From Pseudomonadota bacterium (GTDB lineage Bacteria; Campylobacterota; Campylobacteria; Campylobacterales; Sulfurimonadaceae), in the NCBI GenBank assembly GCA_043797085.1, contig JAZDQA010000008.1:138814-202813 (forward strand): 64,000 bases of DNA, given 5' to 3'. Every line of letters begins with the position of its first letter. The first letter of the stretch is position 1. Of the stretch, positions 51,835-62,692 are shown one piece after another. Below the pieces are notes generated by a model. That model did no database searches. It was not told the DNA's origin and saw nothing but the letters and a program-made list of their open reading frames with translations. The translations under genes and the position numbers were made by a program.

Positions 51835-53415
51835 CTAGCTGATGTTACGCAGCAGTTTTTCTATTGCATCCAGTGGCATTGGCTTGTGATAGTAGTATCC
51901 TTGGATCGAGTCAATGCCGTTCTTACGTAAAAATTCAACTTCTTCTTGGGATTCTGCCCCTTCGGCTAGCACTTGCATATTTAACCCTTTAGCCAGTGCA
52001 ATAATCGTTTGAACAATAATCTGATTTTTGGGTTCATGAGTCACATTTCGGACAAAAGATATGTCGATTTTTAGTTTATCGATGGGGAGATTTTTGAGAT
52101 AGGAGAGTGAGGAATAACCGGTGCCGAAATCATCGATCGAGATGTAAAATCCTTTACTTTTAATTACCCACAGTAAAGCAATGATTTTTTCGGGATTTTC
52201 TAAAATTGAGCTTTCAGTGATTTCCAGTTCGAGCCACTGCGGATTACAATTTGTTTCCTCTAATATGACCTCTAAGATAGAGATGAAATTTGGATGGATT
52301 AGTTGACGTGCTGAAACATTTATGGCAATACGTCCCTGCAATATTCCTGCTTCATGCCATCTTGTTGCAGTTTTGCACCCCTCACGAAGTACAAGTTCCC
52401 CAATTTCTAAAATAAGACCTGTATTTTCTGCTACAGGAATAAAGAGTGAAGGAGCGATCATACCAGTGGGACTAAACCACCGTAGTAATGCTTCCATGCC
52501 GAGTATTTTTTGATTTTTAGGATCAATTTGAGGTTGAAAATAGAGACTAAACTCTCCATTTTGAAGTGCTTTTTTCAAATTAGTGGTTATAGTAGTTTGT
52601 TGGAGGGCTTTTAGTGTCAGGTTTTGAGTGTAAAAACTAAAGGTATTTTTCCCCATTCTTTTTGCATTGTACATAGCCGCATCGGCTTTTTGGAGAAGTT
52701 CTTCAGCGTTATTGGCATCGTTTGGATACATGACAATCCCGATACTTGCCGTGATATAAACATCAGTTTCATCGATGTGGAGAGGATGATTGAGTATCTC
52801 GATTAGCCGATTCATTGTAAGGTTAATGATATCCTGATTTTTTTGACATGACAGCAGTATGACAAATTCATCGCCTCCGGTATGAACAATAAAGGTTTCA
52901 GGCGGAAATATTTCCTGCAATAAGGAGGAAACACGAATCAAAAGTTCATCTCCAAATCGGTGACCGTAGGAATCATTAATTTCTTTGAAGCCATCCAAAT
53001 CGAGGAAGAAAAGGGCAAAAGGGTGATCTTCCATTTCGAATGTTTTGAGTTGTAGCTTTTCGGTTAAACTGAGGCGATTAGGGAGATTGGTGAGGGTGTC
53101 GAAGTGTGCTAAACGATCAAATCGTTCTTTGGCTTCAAAAATTTTGATTTCATGCTTTTTTTGTTCGCTGATGTGCTGTGTGTACTCAATAAATCGTTTA
53201 TGAAAAAAACGGTAGTTTAAAAAATAAAGCAATAAAGCGGTACTTACAATGAAAAACCAACCTTTATAGTTTTGTAAAAGGTTGATTTCCGTAGTATTTT
53301 TAGATATTGCTGCTACAAAAGAATCTGAAAAATAAATCCAAATGGCTCCAAAAATGAGATAAATAAATGAGATCTTTAAAGCACTTTTAACACTTTCAAA
53401 ATCTCTGATATTCAT
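51835..53415 (-). CDS. Membrane-anchored GGDEF-EAL protein
   Basis: Two TM helices (W.YFSD, KGWFFI), GGDEF, EALLRW, IDDFGTGYSS. Confidence 0.9.
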   Translation of the reverse strand: MNIRDFESVKSALKISFIYLIFGAIWIYFSDSFVAAISKNTTEINLLQNYKGWFFIVSTALLLYFLNYRFFHKRFIEYTQHISEQKKHEIKIFEAKERFDRLAHFDTLTNLPNRLSLTEKLQLKTFEMEDHPFALFFLDLDGFKEINDSYGHRFGDELLIRVSSLLQEIFPPETFIVHTGGDEFVILLSCQKNQDIINLTMNRLIEILNHPLHIDETDVYITASIGIVMYPNDANNAEELLQKADAAMYNAKRMGKNTFSFYTQNLTLKALQQTTITTNLKKALQNGEFSLYFQPQIDPKNQKILGMEALLRWFSPTGMIAPSLFIPVAENTGLILEIGELVLREGCKTATRWHEAGILQGRIAINVSARQLIHPNFISILEVILEETNCNPQWLELEITESSILENPEKIIALLWVIKSKGFYISIDDFGTGYSSLSYLKNLPIDKLKIDISFVRNVTHEPKNQIIVQTIIALAKGLNMQVLAEGAESQEEVEFLRKNGIDSIQGYYYHKPMPLDAIEKLLRNIS

Positions 53416-53588
53416 GTGTGTCCTTTTTCGCTCTTAATGTTTATATTATACACTTTAATAAGGCGCCAGAGAGTATATGATAATAAAAAATAAAAAATTG
53501 CAAAGAGTGTATTGCTAAATAAGTAAACATTGGATTCTTTTTATCTATAATGACTTGATTTTTTTAAAATAATAAAGGGAGATAAAAT

Positions 53589-54806
53589 ATGGGAACTTCG
53601 TATTTAGAATCACATCCGGATGAAAACGGATATTTCGGTAAATTTGGAGGGGCATATATTCCTCCCGTCTTAGAGCAGCCGTTTGCTGATATCGCCAAAG
53701 CGTATGCCGAGCTAAAAAACTCACCGGCATTTATTGAAGAGCTAAAATATGTTCGAAAACATTATCAAGGGCGTCCTACTCCTATTTCATTTGCTAAAAA
53801 TCTTACCGAATATTGCGGTGGTGCAAAAATATATCTTAAACGTGAAGACCTAAACCATACAGGTGCGCACAAACTCAACCACTGCATGGCGGAAGTCATT
53901 CTAGCTAAACATTTAGGTAAGAAAAAAGTGATTGCAGAAACAGGAGCAGGACAGCATGGAGTTGCGTTAGCAACTGCGGCGGCATATTTTGGTCTGGAGT
54001 GTGAGATCCACATGGGAGAAGTAGACATTGCCAAAGAACATCCCAATGTCGTACGGATGAAGATTTTAGGGGCACGTGTAGTTCCCGCAACACACGGGTT
54101 GAAAACGCTTAAAGAGGCAGTTGACTCAGCATTTGAGGAATACATCAAAGACCCTGTAAATGCAATGTATTGTATCGGTTCGGTTGTCGGTCCTCATCCG
54201 TTTCCGATGATGGTACGTGATTTTCAGTCAGTGATAGGCTTTGAAGCGAAAGAGCAGTTTCATGAAATGGAAGGAAAACTTCCCGATAATGTCATCGCCT
54301 GTGTCGGTGGAGGATCCAACGCAATGGGTATTTTTGCAGGATTTATCGATGATGCATCGGTCAATCTTTATGGGGTAGAACCATTGGGACGAGGTGAAGC
54401 ATTAGGAGATCATGCCGCTACCTTAACCTATGGAGAAGAGGGGATAATGCATGGCTTCAATTCTATCATGCTCAAAGACGCTAACGGCGATCCAGCTCCT
54501 GTATACTCGATCGGTTCAGGGATTGATTATCCCTCTGTAGGGCCTGAACATGCTTACTTAAAAGAGATTGGGCGAACAAAAGTAGGTCTATGTAACGATG
54601 ATGAAGCAGTAGATGCGTTTTATAAACTTTCTCAATTAGAGGGAATAATCCCAGCACTCGAATCGGCTCACGCAGTAGCCTATGCTATGAAACTTGCAAA
54701 AACATTAGGCAAAGACAAAACTATTTTGGTCAATCTAAGCGGCAGAGGAGATAAGGATATCGATTTTGTGATAGCAAACTATCCTATCCCGAATGCAAAG
54801 TTTTAA
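53589..54806 (+). CDS. trpB: Tryptophan synthase beta subunit (no adjacent trpA)
   Basis: [53 protein letters not shown]. Confidence 0.95.
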   Translation: MGTSYLESHPDENGYFGKFGGAYIPPVLEQPFADIAKAYAELKNSPAFIEELKYVRKHYQGRPTPISFAKNLTEYCGGAKIYLKREDLNHTGAHKLNHCMAEVILAKHLGKKKVIAETGAGQHGVALATAAAYFGLECEIHMGEVDIAKEHPNVVRMKILGARVVPATHGLKTLKEAVDSAFEEYIKDPVNAMYCIGSVVGPHPFPMMVRDFQSVIGFEAKEQFHEMEGKLPDNVIACVGGGSNAMGIFAGFIDDASVNLYGVEPLGRGEALGDHAATLTYGEEGIMHGFNSIMLKDANGDPAPVYSIGSGIDYPSVGPEHAYLKEIGRTKVGLCNDDEAVDAFYKLSQLEGIIPALESAHAVAYAMKLAKTLGKDKTILVNLSGRGDKDIDFVIANYPIPNAKF

Positions 54807-54820
54807 AAGTAGGCGATTAA

Positions 54821-54836
54821 AGGAACGCATTATGCA
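54821..54836 (+). promoter_or_regulatory. Putative sigma54 promoter of the tandem small Cys proteins
   Basis: aGGAACgcattATGCA, GG-N10-GC. Confidence 0.55.
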
Positions 54837-54868
54837 TTTATTCTTCAAATTACTGTTGGAGAATGACT

Positions 54869-55090
54869 ATGGAACATCATGTTGTAATCGAAAAACTTTG
54901 CAGTTGTGCAAAAAAAGAGGGACTTTCCCAAATTGAAACCTATGAAGCAAAAGATACCGCACTTGAAGCGGCCCAAACGCAGCTTGCCCACATGAACGGA
55001 AGCTTTTGCGGCAAACATGAGTTTCAACTGGTAGAAGTGGACGACAATTTTGTCATAGGTATGGTCGGCGGCGGCTGTGGCTGTAAATAG
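54869..55090 (+). CDS. Small CxC...FCxxH protein, paralogue 1 (C-terminal GGGCGCK)
   Basis: GGAG RBS; clearly homologous to the next ORF. Confidence 0.75.
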   Translation: MEHHVVIEKLCSCAKKEGLSQIETYEAKDTALEAAQTQLAHMNGSFCGKHEFQLVEVDDNFVIGMVGGGCGCK

Positions 55091-55099
55091 GGGGACGAT

Positions 55100-55312
55100 A
55101 TGGAACATCATGTTGTTGTTGAAAAACTATGCGCGTGCGCAAAACGTAAACAAATGCCTCAGATTAAAACATTAGATGACAAAGAAAATGCAATGCGTAT
55201 CGCACGAGCATGGGCACAAGAGATGAATGAAAGCTTTTGCGGTCAGCATTCATTTGGTGTTGTAGAAGTGGATGATAACTACGTTATTACGGTAGGTGAG
55301 GGAAGTTATTAA
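55100..55312 (+). CDS. Small CxC...FCxxH protein, paralogue 2
   Basis: MEHHVVVEKLCACAK...MNESFCGQHSF.VVEVDDNYVI; GGGGA RBS. Confidence 0.75.
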   Translation: MEHHVVVEKLCACAKRKQMPQIKTLDDKENAMRIARAWAQEMNESFCGQHSFGVVEVDDNYVITVGEGSY

Positions 55313-55420
55313 TACTTTCATCTCACGTTTCCTCTTAGTATCTTTACTTGTTATTTTATTCTCATTTTATTCTCATTTATCATTCAAGCTGTGCTAGAAT
55401 AATAGTATAAAGGAGTCAAG

Positions 55421-58400
55421 ATGAAAGAAATGATTTATATTGGAATCGGAGCCAGTGCAGGAGGATTGCACGCGCTTCAAAAGTTTGTGGCACTTCTTCC
55501 TGAAAATTCTAATACTATTTACATCATAGCTCAACATCTTCTTCCGGACAAAAAAAGCTCGTTAGCAGATATTTTGTCCCATCATACACAGCTTAGTGTC
55601 ACCGAGATCGAACCCACTACCAAATTCCATAGCAATCACATCTACGTTATCCCTCCAGGATGCAATCTCAACTTGATAAAACACCGTCTGGTCCTCGAAC
55701 GCAGTGAAATACTTCCTCATCATGCGACCCCTTCGGTTGATATTCTTTTCGAGAGCTTGGCAGGTTATGCACGAAAAAATTCTGTCGGTATTATTCTAAG
55801 CGGTACGGGGCATGATGGAACAAAGGGGATGAGGCACATCAAAGAAGCAGGTGGAATCACCATCGCACAGTCTCCCGATGAAACACAGCACAAAGGGATG
55901 CCGCAAAGTGCCATCGATGCAGGGGTTATCGATCATGTCCACAATGTTGAAGAGATAGCGGCAAATTTATTTCATCTTCTTTCTCAAAGTGTTACAGAAA
56001 CTTCCATGCATGATTTGACACCATTAGAATCGATTCACGCACTTTTACGCACTCAAGAACGCCTCGATTTATCCAAATACAAAGAGGAAACAATCCTTCG
56101 ACGGATCAACAAGCGAATGATGTTTTTGCATCTTTCTGACATTAACGCTTATGCTGAATATTTAGCGGTTCATCACGACGAAGCTCATCTCCTGTATCAG
56201 GATATTTTGATCGGGGTTACCTCTTTTTTTCGTGATCCTGAATCGTTTACGGCACTGGAAACTTCTTTAACCGAAGTGTTGCAAAAACGTCCGGATCATT
56301 CTGAGTTTCGTATATGGTGTGTGGCATGCGCGAGTGGTGAAGAAGCATATACATTAGGAATTGTGATAAGTGAAATTTCCAAACGTCTGGATAAAACATT
56401 CGATGTCCGTATTTTTGCCACCGATATCGATGATGTGTCACTTGCCAAAGCACGTTTGGCGGAATATTCACGAGAGTCGCTCGAGGAAATGGAGCCGGCC
56501 CTCCTTGCATTGTATTTCAGCCCAACCGAAAATGGGTACAAAGTCAATCAATCACTGCGCCAAAATATCGTTTTTACACATCACAATCTGCTGCAGGATC
56601 CGCCGTTTATCAACCAGGATTTTATCAGCTGTCGAAATTTTTTGATCTATATTTTACCGACGGCACAAAAGGAGATCTTTGCCCTTTTTCATTATTCACT
56701 CAAATCCAAGGGACTGCTGTTCTTAGGATCATCGGAATCGACACTTTTGAGTCTCAACTATTTTACCCCGATGGATCCTCAGCATAAAATTTACGAAAAA
56801 GAAGCGTTGCAAAATCCGCCTAAAATTTCCAACCACTATTTTTCTAAACATCTCGATCAGATTGTTGATCGAAGAGCACCCAGTATATCGAGTATGGGAA
56901 CAACGACGATCGATGAAGAGATCAGCAAGGCAATTTTTAATTTTTTCGCCCCTCACTGTGTGATTGTGGATCGAAATTACACCATGGTATACAAGAAGGG
57001 AGACATACCGGTGCTGCGATTGGGCGATGGTATTCCCAGTCTCAATCTTTTGCACAATCTCGATGAATTACTTCGCTACGATGTTAAATCGCTTATGGAC
57101 CGTGCTTTCGTATCAAAATCGTATGAAGTGTCAAAGTTCATTGAAATTTCCGCATCACAGGAGAGCACTTTGTTCATACGCGCAGTTGCGTATCCGTTTG
57201 AAGATATACAAAACACGCCGATACTCATGCTGTATTTTCAAGAGCTTGGAAGTAATGATCTGCAATTTAACACAGCAGCGCTCAATCTTCCGGATGAATC
57301 GATGATGCTCAAAAATCTAAATGCACAGCTGATGACAACACGCGAAGAGCTGCGATTTCTTTCCGATGAGCTGATCCTCTCAAAAGAGACAACCCAGCTC
57401 ATGAACGAAGAGCTTCAAAGTTCAAACGAAGAACTCCAAAGCTCCAACGAAGAGCTCGAAACCTCCAACGAAGAACTTCAAAGCAGCAATGAAGAACTGC
57501 ACGCATCACTCTCTCACATCGAAAAGCTGCAAAACCATCTTACTCTCATTTTCAACTCCTCGTTTGATGGGATCATGGGGCTGGATATACATGCGCGTCA
57601 TACGTTTGTTAACGTTGCGGCGGCGCAGATGCTGGGTTACACACCCGATGAGCTCATCGGCAAAGACTCTCATAAACTTTGGCACCATACCAAACTTGAT
57701 GGTACGTATTTTCCTGAGGAAGAATGTCCGACAATAAAAGTCCTGACAGAAGGGATCCATAGACGGGATGAAGATCTTTTCTGGCGCAAAGACGGAACAT
57801 CGTTCGAAGTCGAACTCCTCCAAAGCCCCATCATCGAAAATGGAAAAATAATCGGAGCGGTCATGTCATTTCATGATATCACCGAAATAAAACGGCTTGA
57901 GAAAATGGCAACCCATGAGCATCAGCTCTCTGAACTTTATATGGGAATAGGCGGAATGCTCATGATGGCGTTGGATATGAACGGCAATGTGACGATGATC
58001 AATGGAGAAGGGTGTGCGATATTAGGACTCTCGCACAAACAGATGATCGGGAAAAATTTTATCGACCATTTTATTCCTGTAAAACTGCGGGATGAAGTTC
58101 ATTCGGTGCTCATCTCAGTGCTCAATGGTGAAGCATCGATGGCGACACACCATACGAACGACATCATCGATGTTAATGGTCAGATCCATCATATGTCGTG
58201 GACCAATGCACTATTAAAAGATGAAAAAGGAAACATCAAGGGGATCATAACCTCCGGAATGGATATCACCAAAGAAGAACTTTTGTCACAAAAGCTTGCG
58301 GATACCGAGCGGCTTTATGAACTTACTTTTCAAGAGGCAGATGTCGGAATTACTCATATAAGACTCGATGGGGTATTGACCGATGCAAACAACTATCTGT

Positions 58401-59764
58401 GCCGACTTTTGGAGTACACCAAAGAAGAGCTAAAAACCAAAACACTGGTAGCTCTTACCCATCCGGATGATGTCCAGCTCGGGTCAACTCTGTTTGCGGA
58501 AATTTTGGAGAACAAACGTACCGGCTATCGCATTGAAAAACGACTTCTGCGGAAAAATGGAAGCATCGTATGGGTCAATATTGCCGTCGTCTTACTGAAA
58601 AATTCTGCAGGAGTACCGCTTTATTTTCTTTCGGTTATTCGCGATATTTCTGAGATTAAGCTGCTGATGCTTGAGTTGGAAACCGAAAAAACGCAGTTGC
58701 AGCATGTCATCGAGTTTGCTCCTATTCCCATCATGCTACATGATGAAGAGGGACAAATTATTTTGATCAACCATGCCCTTAAAGAGAGTATTGGCTACGA
58801 TCAAAAAGAGATAGTAACAATGCAGACGTGGATGGATACCCTCTATCCAAGCACGAATGAAGATGCTAAAAAACAATACCGAAAATGTTACGAATTTTCC
58901 TTAGACAATGAGCCAAGGGAGCATACGGTTATCACAAAATTAGGAGAACAACGATCATGGCTTGTGAGTTCTGTCCCATTAAGTCAACTTCATAAAGGCA
59001 AACGGCTTATCGTCTCTTCGATCATTGATATTACGGAGATACAGCGCAAAGACGAGATTATGATCTCTCAGTCACGACAAGCGGCGATGGGGGATATGTT
59101 GGCAATGATAGCGCATCAGTGGCGCCAGCCTCTGAGTGTTATAGCGATGTCAATCAATACGCTTAAAGCCCATCTCGAGCTTGAGGAAGCCATTACACCG
59201 GATATTCTAAAAGAATTAATTGAAACGATCAATAAACAAGCACACTATCTCTCGCATACTATTGATGACTTCAGAGACTTTTTTAAACCGGACAAAGTAA
59301 AAGAAAAAATAGCGATGTCCGTCATTTTAGAAAGATTGGTAACACTAATCGAAAAAGGGCTAGAAAATAATTCCATAACACTGGAACTTCCCCAAAATCA
59401 GAAGATCGAACTTTTAACGTATCCCAATGAGCTTCTTCAGGCACTGATTAACATCATTAACAACGCCAAAGACGCAATCAAAGAGAAACATCCTGTGGGC
59501 GGTCTCATTCGTATTGCCTTGCACCAAAATAATGGGGAAATGGTCATCGAAATCTGTGACAACGGGGGAGGAATAGCTTCTTCGGTTGATAAACATCTCG
59601 GTGATCCGTACGTCACGACCAAGGCATCAAACGGAACGGGACTGGGGCTGTATATGACGAAAATAATCATTACCAAACATCTGAACGGACGGTTGTGGTG
59701 GAGCAGTGACAGCAATGGCAGTTGTTTCTCGATAGCATTGTCGAGCAGTAGCGAAGGAGTATAA
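55421..59764 (+). CDS. CheB-CheR-PAS(x4-5)-histidine kinase fusion
   Basis: GASAGG, GTGHDG, CASGEEAY, SCRNFLIY, SNEELQS heptads, PAS domains, IAHQWRQPL, NNAKDA, GTGLGL. Confidence 0.92.
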   Translation: MKEMIYIGIGASAGGLHALQKFVALLPENSNTIYIIAQHLLPDKKSSLADILSHHTQLSVTEIEPTTKFHSNHIYVIPPGCNLNLIKHRLVLERSEILPHHATPSVDILFESLAGYARKNSVGIILSGTGHDGTKGMRHIKEAGGITIAQSPDETQHKGMPQSAIDAGVIDHVHNVEEIAANLFHLLSQSVTETSMHDLTPLESIHALLRTQERLDLSKYKEETILRRINKRMMFLHLSDINAYAEYLAVHHDEAHLLYQDILIGVTSFFRDPESFTALETSLTEVLQKRPDHSEFRIWCVACASGEEAYTLGIVISEISKRLDKTFDVRIFATDIDDVSLAKARLAEYSRESLEEMEPALLALYFSPTENGYKVNQSLRQNIVFTHHNLLQDPPFINQDFISCRNFLIYILPTAQKEIFALFHYSLKSKGLLFLGSSESTLLSLNYFTPMDPQHKIYEKEALQNPPKISNHYFSKHLDQIVDRRAPSISSMGTTTIDEEISKAIFNFFAPHCVIVDRNYTMVYKKGDIPVLRLGDGIPSLNLLHNLDELLRYDVKSLMDRAFVSKSYEVSKFIEISASQESTLFIRAVAYPFEDIQNTPILMLYFQELGSNDLQFNTAALNLPDESMMLKNLNAQLMTTREELRFLSDELILSKETTQLMNEELQSSNEELQSSNEELETSNEELQSSNEELHASLSHIEKLQNHLTLIFNSSFDGIMGLDIHARHTFVNVAAAQMLGYTPDELIGKDSHKLWHHTKLDGTYFPEEECPTIKVLTEGIHRRDEDLFWRKDGTSFEVELLQSPIIENGKIIGAVMSFHDITEIKRLEKMATHEHQLSELYMGIGGMLMMALDMNGNVTMINGEGCAILGLSHKQMIGKNFIDHFIPVKLRDEVHSVLISVLNGEASMATHHTNDIIDVNGQIHHMSWTNALLKDEKGNIKGIITSGMDITKEELLSQKLADTERLYELTFQEADVGITHIRLDGVLTDANNYLCRLLEYTKEELKTKTLVALTHPDDVQLGSTLFAEILENKRTGYRIEKRLLRKNGSIVWVNIAVVLLKNSAGVPLYFLSVIRDISEIKLLMLELETEKTQLQHVIEFAPIPIMLHDEEGQIILINHALKESIGYDQKEIVTMQTWMDTLYPSTNEDAKKQYRKCYEFSLDNEPREHTVITKLGEQRSWLVSSVPLSQLHKGKRLIVSSIIDITEIQRKDEIMISQSRQAAMGDMLAMIAHQWRQPLSVIAMSINTLKAHLELEEAITPDILKELIETINKQAHYLSHTIDDFRDFFKPDKVKEKIAMSVILERLVTLIEKGLENNSITLELPQNQKIELLTYPNELLQALINIINNAKDAIKEKHPVGGLIRIALHQNNGEMVIEICDNGGGIASSVDKHLGDPYVTTKASNGTGLGLYMTKIIITKHLNGRLWWSSDSNGSCFSIALSSSSEGV

Positions 59765-59768
59765 AAGG

Positions 59769-61271
59769 ATGGCACACCTAAAAGAGCTCAAAGCAATCAG
59801 TAGCAATATAACTCTTTTATACGTTGAAGACGATGAGGCATTGCGAAAAAGTTTTACAGAGTATCTCAAACTCATTTTTTCATCCGTTGATACGGCAGCT
59901 GATGGTCAAGAGGGACTGGATCTTTTTACTCATAATTCCTACGATATCGTCATTACCGATATACAGATGCCCCGAATAAACGGGATAGAGATGATCAAAG
60001 CGATCAAGGAAATTTCCCCGGATCAGGAGATTATTATCACGACTGCTTTCTCTGAAGTTCCCTATCTTCTCGAAGCGATTTCATTGGGTGCCAGCAGTTA
60101 TTTGATCAAACCGATTGATTTTGATCTGATTAATCAAACTCTTTATAAAATTGTCGATAAAATCAACAAATTTAGTGAAAATGAACGTTACAAGAACATA
60201 CTAGAAGAGATGGTCGAAGAACGAACTCAAGAAAACCTTGCATTAGAAGAAGAAAAAATTAATAACTATGAAAAAACACTCCTTTCACTGGTGGAACTCG
60301 TAGAACAGCGTGATACTTATACAGGAGGACATTCACAGCGTGTTGCGACTTACAGTCGTTTGATCGCCGAAAAAATGGGATACAGTGTTGCTGAATGTGA
60401 TTTGATTTATCGTGCAGGGATTTTGCACGATATCGGCAAAATCGTTACCCCCGATGCCGTATTGCTTAAACCGGGTAAACTTGACGAACTCGAATATCGT
60501 CTCATCCGAGAACATGCAGCTACGGGTGCATCGATGCTTAAAAACATTCCGATGTATGTTGAACTTTCTAAAATTGTTGCTGCTCATCATGAACGTTATG
60601 ATGGAACAGGCTATCCTAACGGAATCAAAGGTGAAGAAATACCGAAACTTGCACGTATTATGATCGTCGCAGATGCGTTTGATGCGATGACAACCAATCG
60701 TATCTATAAGCCTCGAATGAGTATTAAAGATGCTATGTCCGAGTTGAGAAATTTATCCGGGATTCAGTTTCATCCTGAAGTGATCGAAGCATCGCTTGCG
60801 GTGTTGCATGATATTGTGGTTGATACAGGAATTACACAGTTGCCCTCAAGCGAGATGGAAAACAAGCGATTCGCCTATTTTTTCGAAGATGCGCTAACAA
60901 AAACCTACAATCCTCATTATCTTGATTTACTATTGGTCCAAAATCAGCACAGTAGAAAGAAATACTATTTTATGGGCTTGTTTATACATGAATTCACTGC
61001 CTATAATAATAAGTTCAGTTGGGACCAAGGAGACTTTTTTTTAAAAGAGTTTGCAGATATTCTTCGTCAATATTATAGAAACGATTTGATTTTTCGTCTG
61101 CATGGGGATGATTTTATTATTATGTCGGATAGAGCTTTAATCATTAACCAGTCAATTTTTACCGAGCTACTCTCTGTTTCAAATAATCTAGTCACTCTCG
61201 ATTTCAAAGAGTTTAATACAGATGACCATCCTGTTCATTCATTAGCGGAGTTGGAAAAACTCTTAGAGTAA
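59769..61271 (+). CDS. REC / HD-GYP phosphodiesterase with degenerate C-terminal GGDEF-like domain
   Basis: YVEDD/TDIQMP receiver, LHDIGK, HHERYDGTGYP, C-terminal FRLHGDDF. Confidence 0.9.
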   Translation: MAHLKELKAISSNITLLYVEDDEALRKSFTEYLKLIFSSVDTAADGQEGLDLFTHNSYDIVITDIQMPRINGIEMIKAIKEISPDQEIIITTAFSEVPYLLEAISLGASSYLIKPIDFDLINQTLYKIVDKINKFSENERYKNILEEMVEERTQENLALEEEKINNYEKTLLSLVELVEQRDTYTGGHSQRVATYSRLIAEKMGYSVAECDLIYRAGILHDIGKIVTPDAVLLKPGKLDELEYRLIREHAATGASMLKNIPMYVELSKIVAAHHERYDGTGYPNGIKGEEIPKLARIMIVADAFDAMTTNRIYKPRMSIKDAMSELRNLSGIQFHPEVIEASLAVLHDIVVDTGITQLPSSEMENKRFAYFFEDALTKTYNPHYLDLLLVQNQHSRKKYYFMGLFIHEFTAYNNKFSWDQGDFFLKEFADILRQYYRNDLIFRLHGDDFIIMSDRALIINQSIFTELLSVSNNLVTLDFKEFNTDDHPVHSLAELEKLLE

Positions 61272-61292
61272 ATTCTATTAACTAAATAGTGC

Positions 61293-61412
61293 AGATTGAG
61301 TGATTTTTTTGAAAATTCAATTCTAAACTTCATTAGTTAAGAAACTGGGGTGATTTTATTTTACACAATTTAGCATGTGCGTCTTTGAATTTTAAAAAAA
61401 ATCACTCAATCT
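61293..61412. repeat. 120-bp element bounded by 28-bp inverted repeats (MITE-like or structured RNA)
   Basis: agattgagtgatttttttgaaaattcaa (61293-61320) and ttgaattttaaaaaaaatcactcaatct (61385-61412) are 27/28 complementary. Confidence 0.8.
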
Positions 61413-61424
61413 ATATAAAGTCAG

Positions 61425-62663
61425 CTATTTGGCATTTTTAGCAGCATGTTCTCGTAATTTGTCTTTTTTACTTTTTCCCTTACCTTTAACAGGTTCCGGC
61501 CCTTTTTCTCTCATGGGGGCTGTTCCGGTAAGCTCAAATCCTGCTATTTGCTCTCGTTCCAGTTTGATTCCTGATCGTTTTTCGATGAGGGCAAAGTGAT
61601 CTTTGTCTTCGTGGGCAATGAATGAAACAGCAATACCCGATTTTCCGGCTCTTCCCGTACGTCCGATACGGTGGATATAATCAGCAGGTGATCGTGGAAG
61701 GTCGAAGTTGATGACACAGCTAATGTCGTCAATGTCCAATCCGCGTGCGGCAATGTCAGTAGCAAAGAGGATACGAATTTTTTTAGTCTTGAACTGGGAT
61801 AAAGTAAAGTTTCGTTCGTCTTGGAGCAAATCACCATGAAAAGATTCCGCTAAAAAACCATACTTTTTAAACTTTGCAGCGATGTTGTCTGTGGCTCTTT
61901 TGTTCGCCATAAAGACCAGTACTTGTTCCCATTTTTCAGTTTCTAAAAGATTGCGAAGAAGAGGACCGCGATTTTCATGGTTAACTTCGATCACCCGTTG
62001 GACGATACTTTCAACGGTAGGCTCTTCATAATCGAGAGTCACTTCTACCGGATTTTGGGTAATTCGAGAAGCAATGGTTTGCATTTTAGGGGGATAGGTT
62101 GCAGAGAACAAGAGGTTTTGACGCTTAGTCGGAATCTCTTTTAAAATAAGTTCAAGTTCTTCAGCGAAACCAAGATCCAGCATTTTATCTGCTTCATCCA
62201 GAACAAAAAATTCCAGATGGGAGAGATTCATTTGCTTTTTTTTCAGTACTTCGAGTAATCTTCCTGAAGTTGCTACAACGATGTCACACCCTTTTTGAAT
62301 CGCAAAGAGTTGATCACTGAGGCTTTCTCCGCCGATAATGCTCACGACCTTTGGCTTTCTTGGCAAGTAGGTTCCAAACGTTTCGAAAGTCTGGGCAACC
62401 TGAAGGGTCAGCTCACGTGTGGGAGTCAATACCAGCGCTTTTATTTTCGCTTTCCCTTCACCAATATTTTTTGACCAAAGTTCCAAAATAGGCAAAACAA
62501 AGCTTGCGCTTTTCCCACTTCCTGTCTGCGCACGTGCTAAGATGTCATCCCCAGCCAGTACGAGTGGTATGACTTCATTTTGAATAGCTGTTGGTTCATA
62601 ATAATTGCTTTCGTCGAGCGCATTTTGTATTTGAGCTCCGAGACCGAGTGTGGAAAATGACAT
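61425..62663 (-). CDS. DEAD-box RNA helicase
   Basis: Q motif, AQTGSGKS, PTREL, DEAD, SAT, ARGLD, HRIGRTGRAG. Confidence 0.95.
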   Translation of the reverse strand: MSFSTLGLGAQIQNALDESNYYEPTAIQNEVIPLVLAGDDILARAQTGSGKSASFVLPILELWSKNIGEGKAKIKALVLTPTRELTLQVAQTFETFGTYLPRKPKVVSIIGGESLSDQLFAIQKGCDIVVATSGRLLEVLKKKQMNLSHLEFFVLDEADKMLDLGFAEELELILKEIPTKRQNLLFSATYPPKMQTIASRITQNPVEVTLDYEEPTVESIVQRVIEVNHENRGPLLRNLLETEKWEQVLVFMANKRATDNIAAKFKKYGFLAESFHGDLLQDERNFTLSQFKTKKIRILFATDIAARGLDIDDISCVINFDLPRSPADYIHRIGRTGRAGKSGIAVSFIAHEDKDHFALIEKRSGIKLEREQIAGFELTGTAPMREKGPEPVKGKGKSKKDKLREHAAKNAK

Positions 62664-62692
62664 CGAGTGTTTCCTTATATTAAAAGTTTATT

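Noticed and set aside
57404..57499. Tandem ~21-bp repeats (also near 18450-18585)
   Set aside because: They encode the SNEELQS coiled-coil heptads of the CheB/CheR fusions and vary at wobble positions; not CRISPR or a DNA-level repeat.
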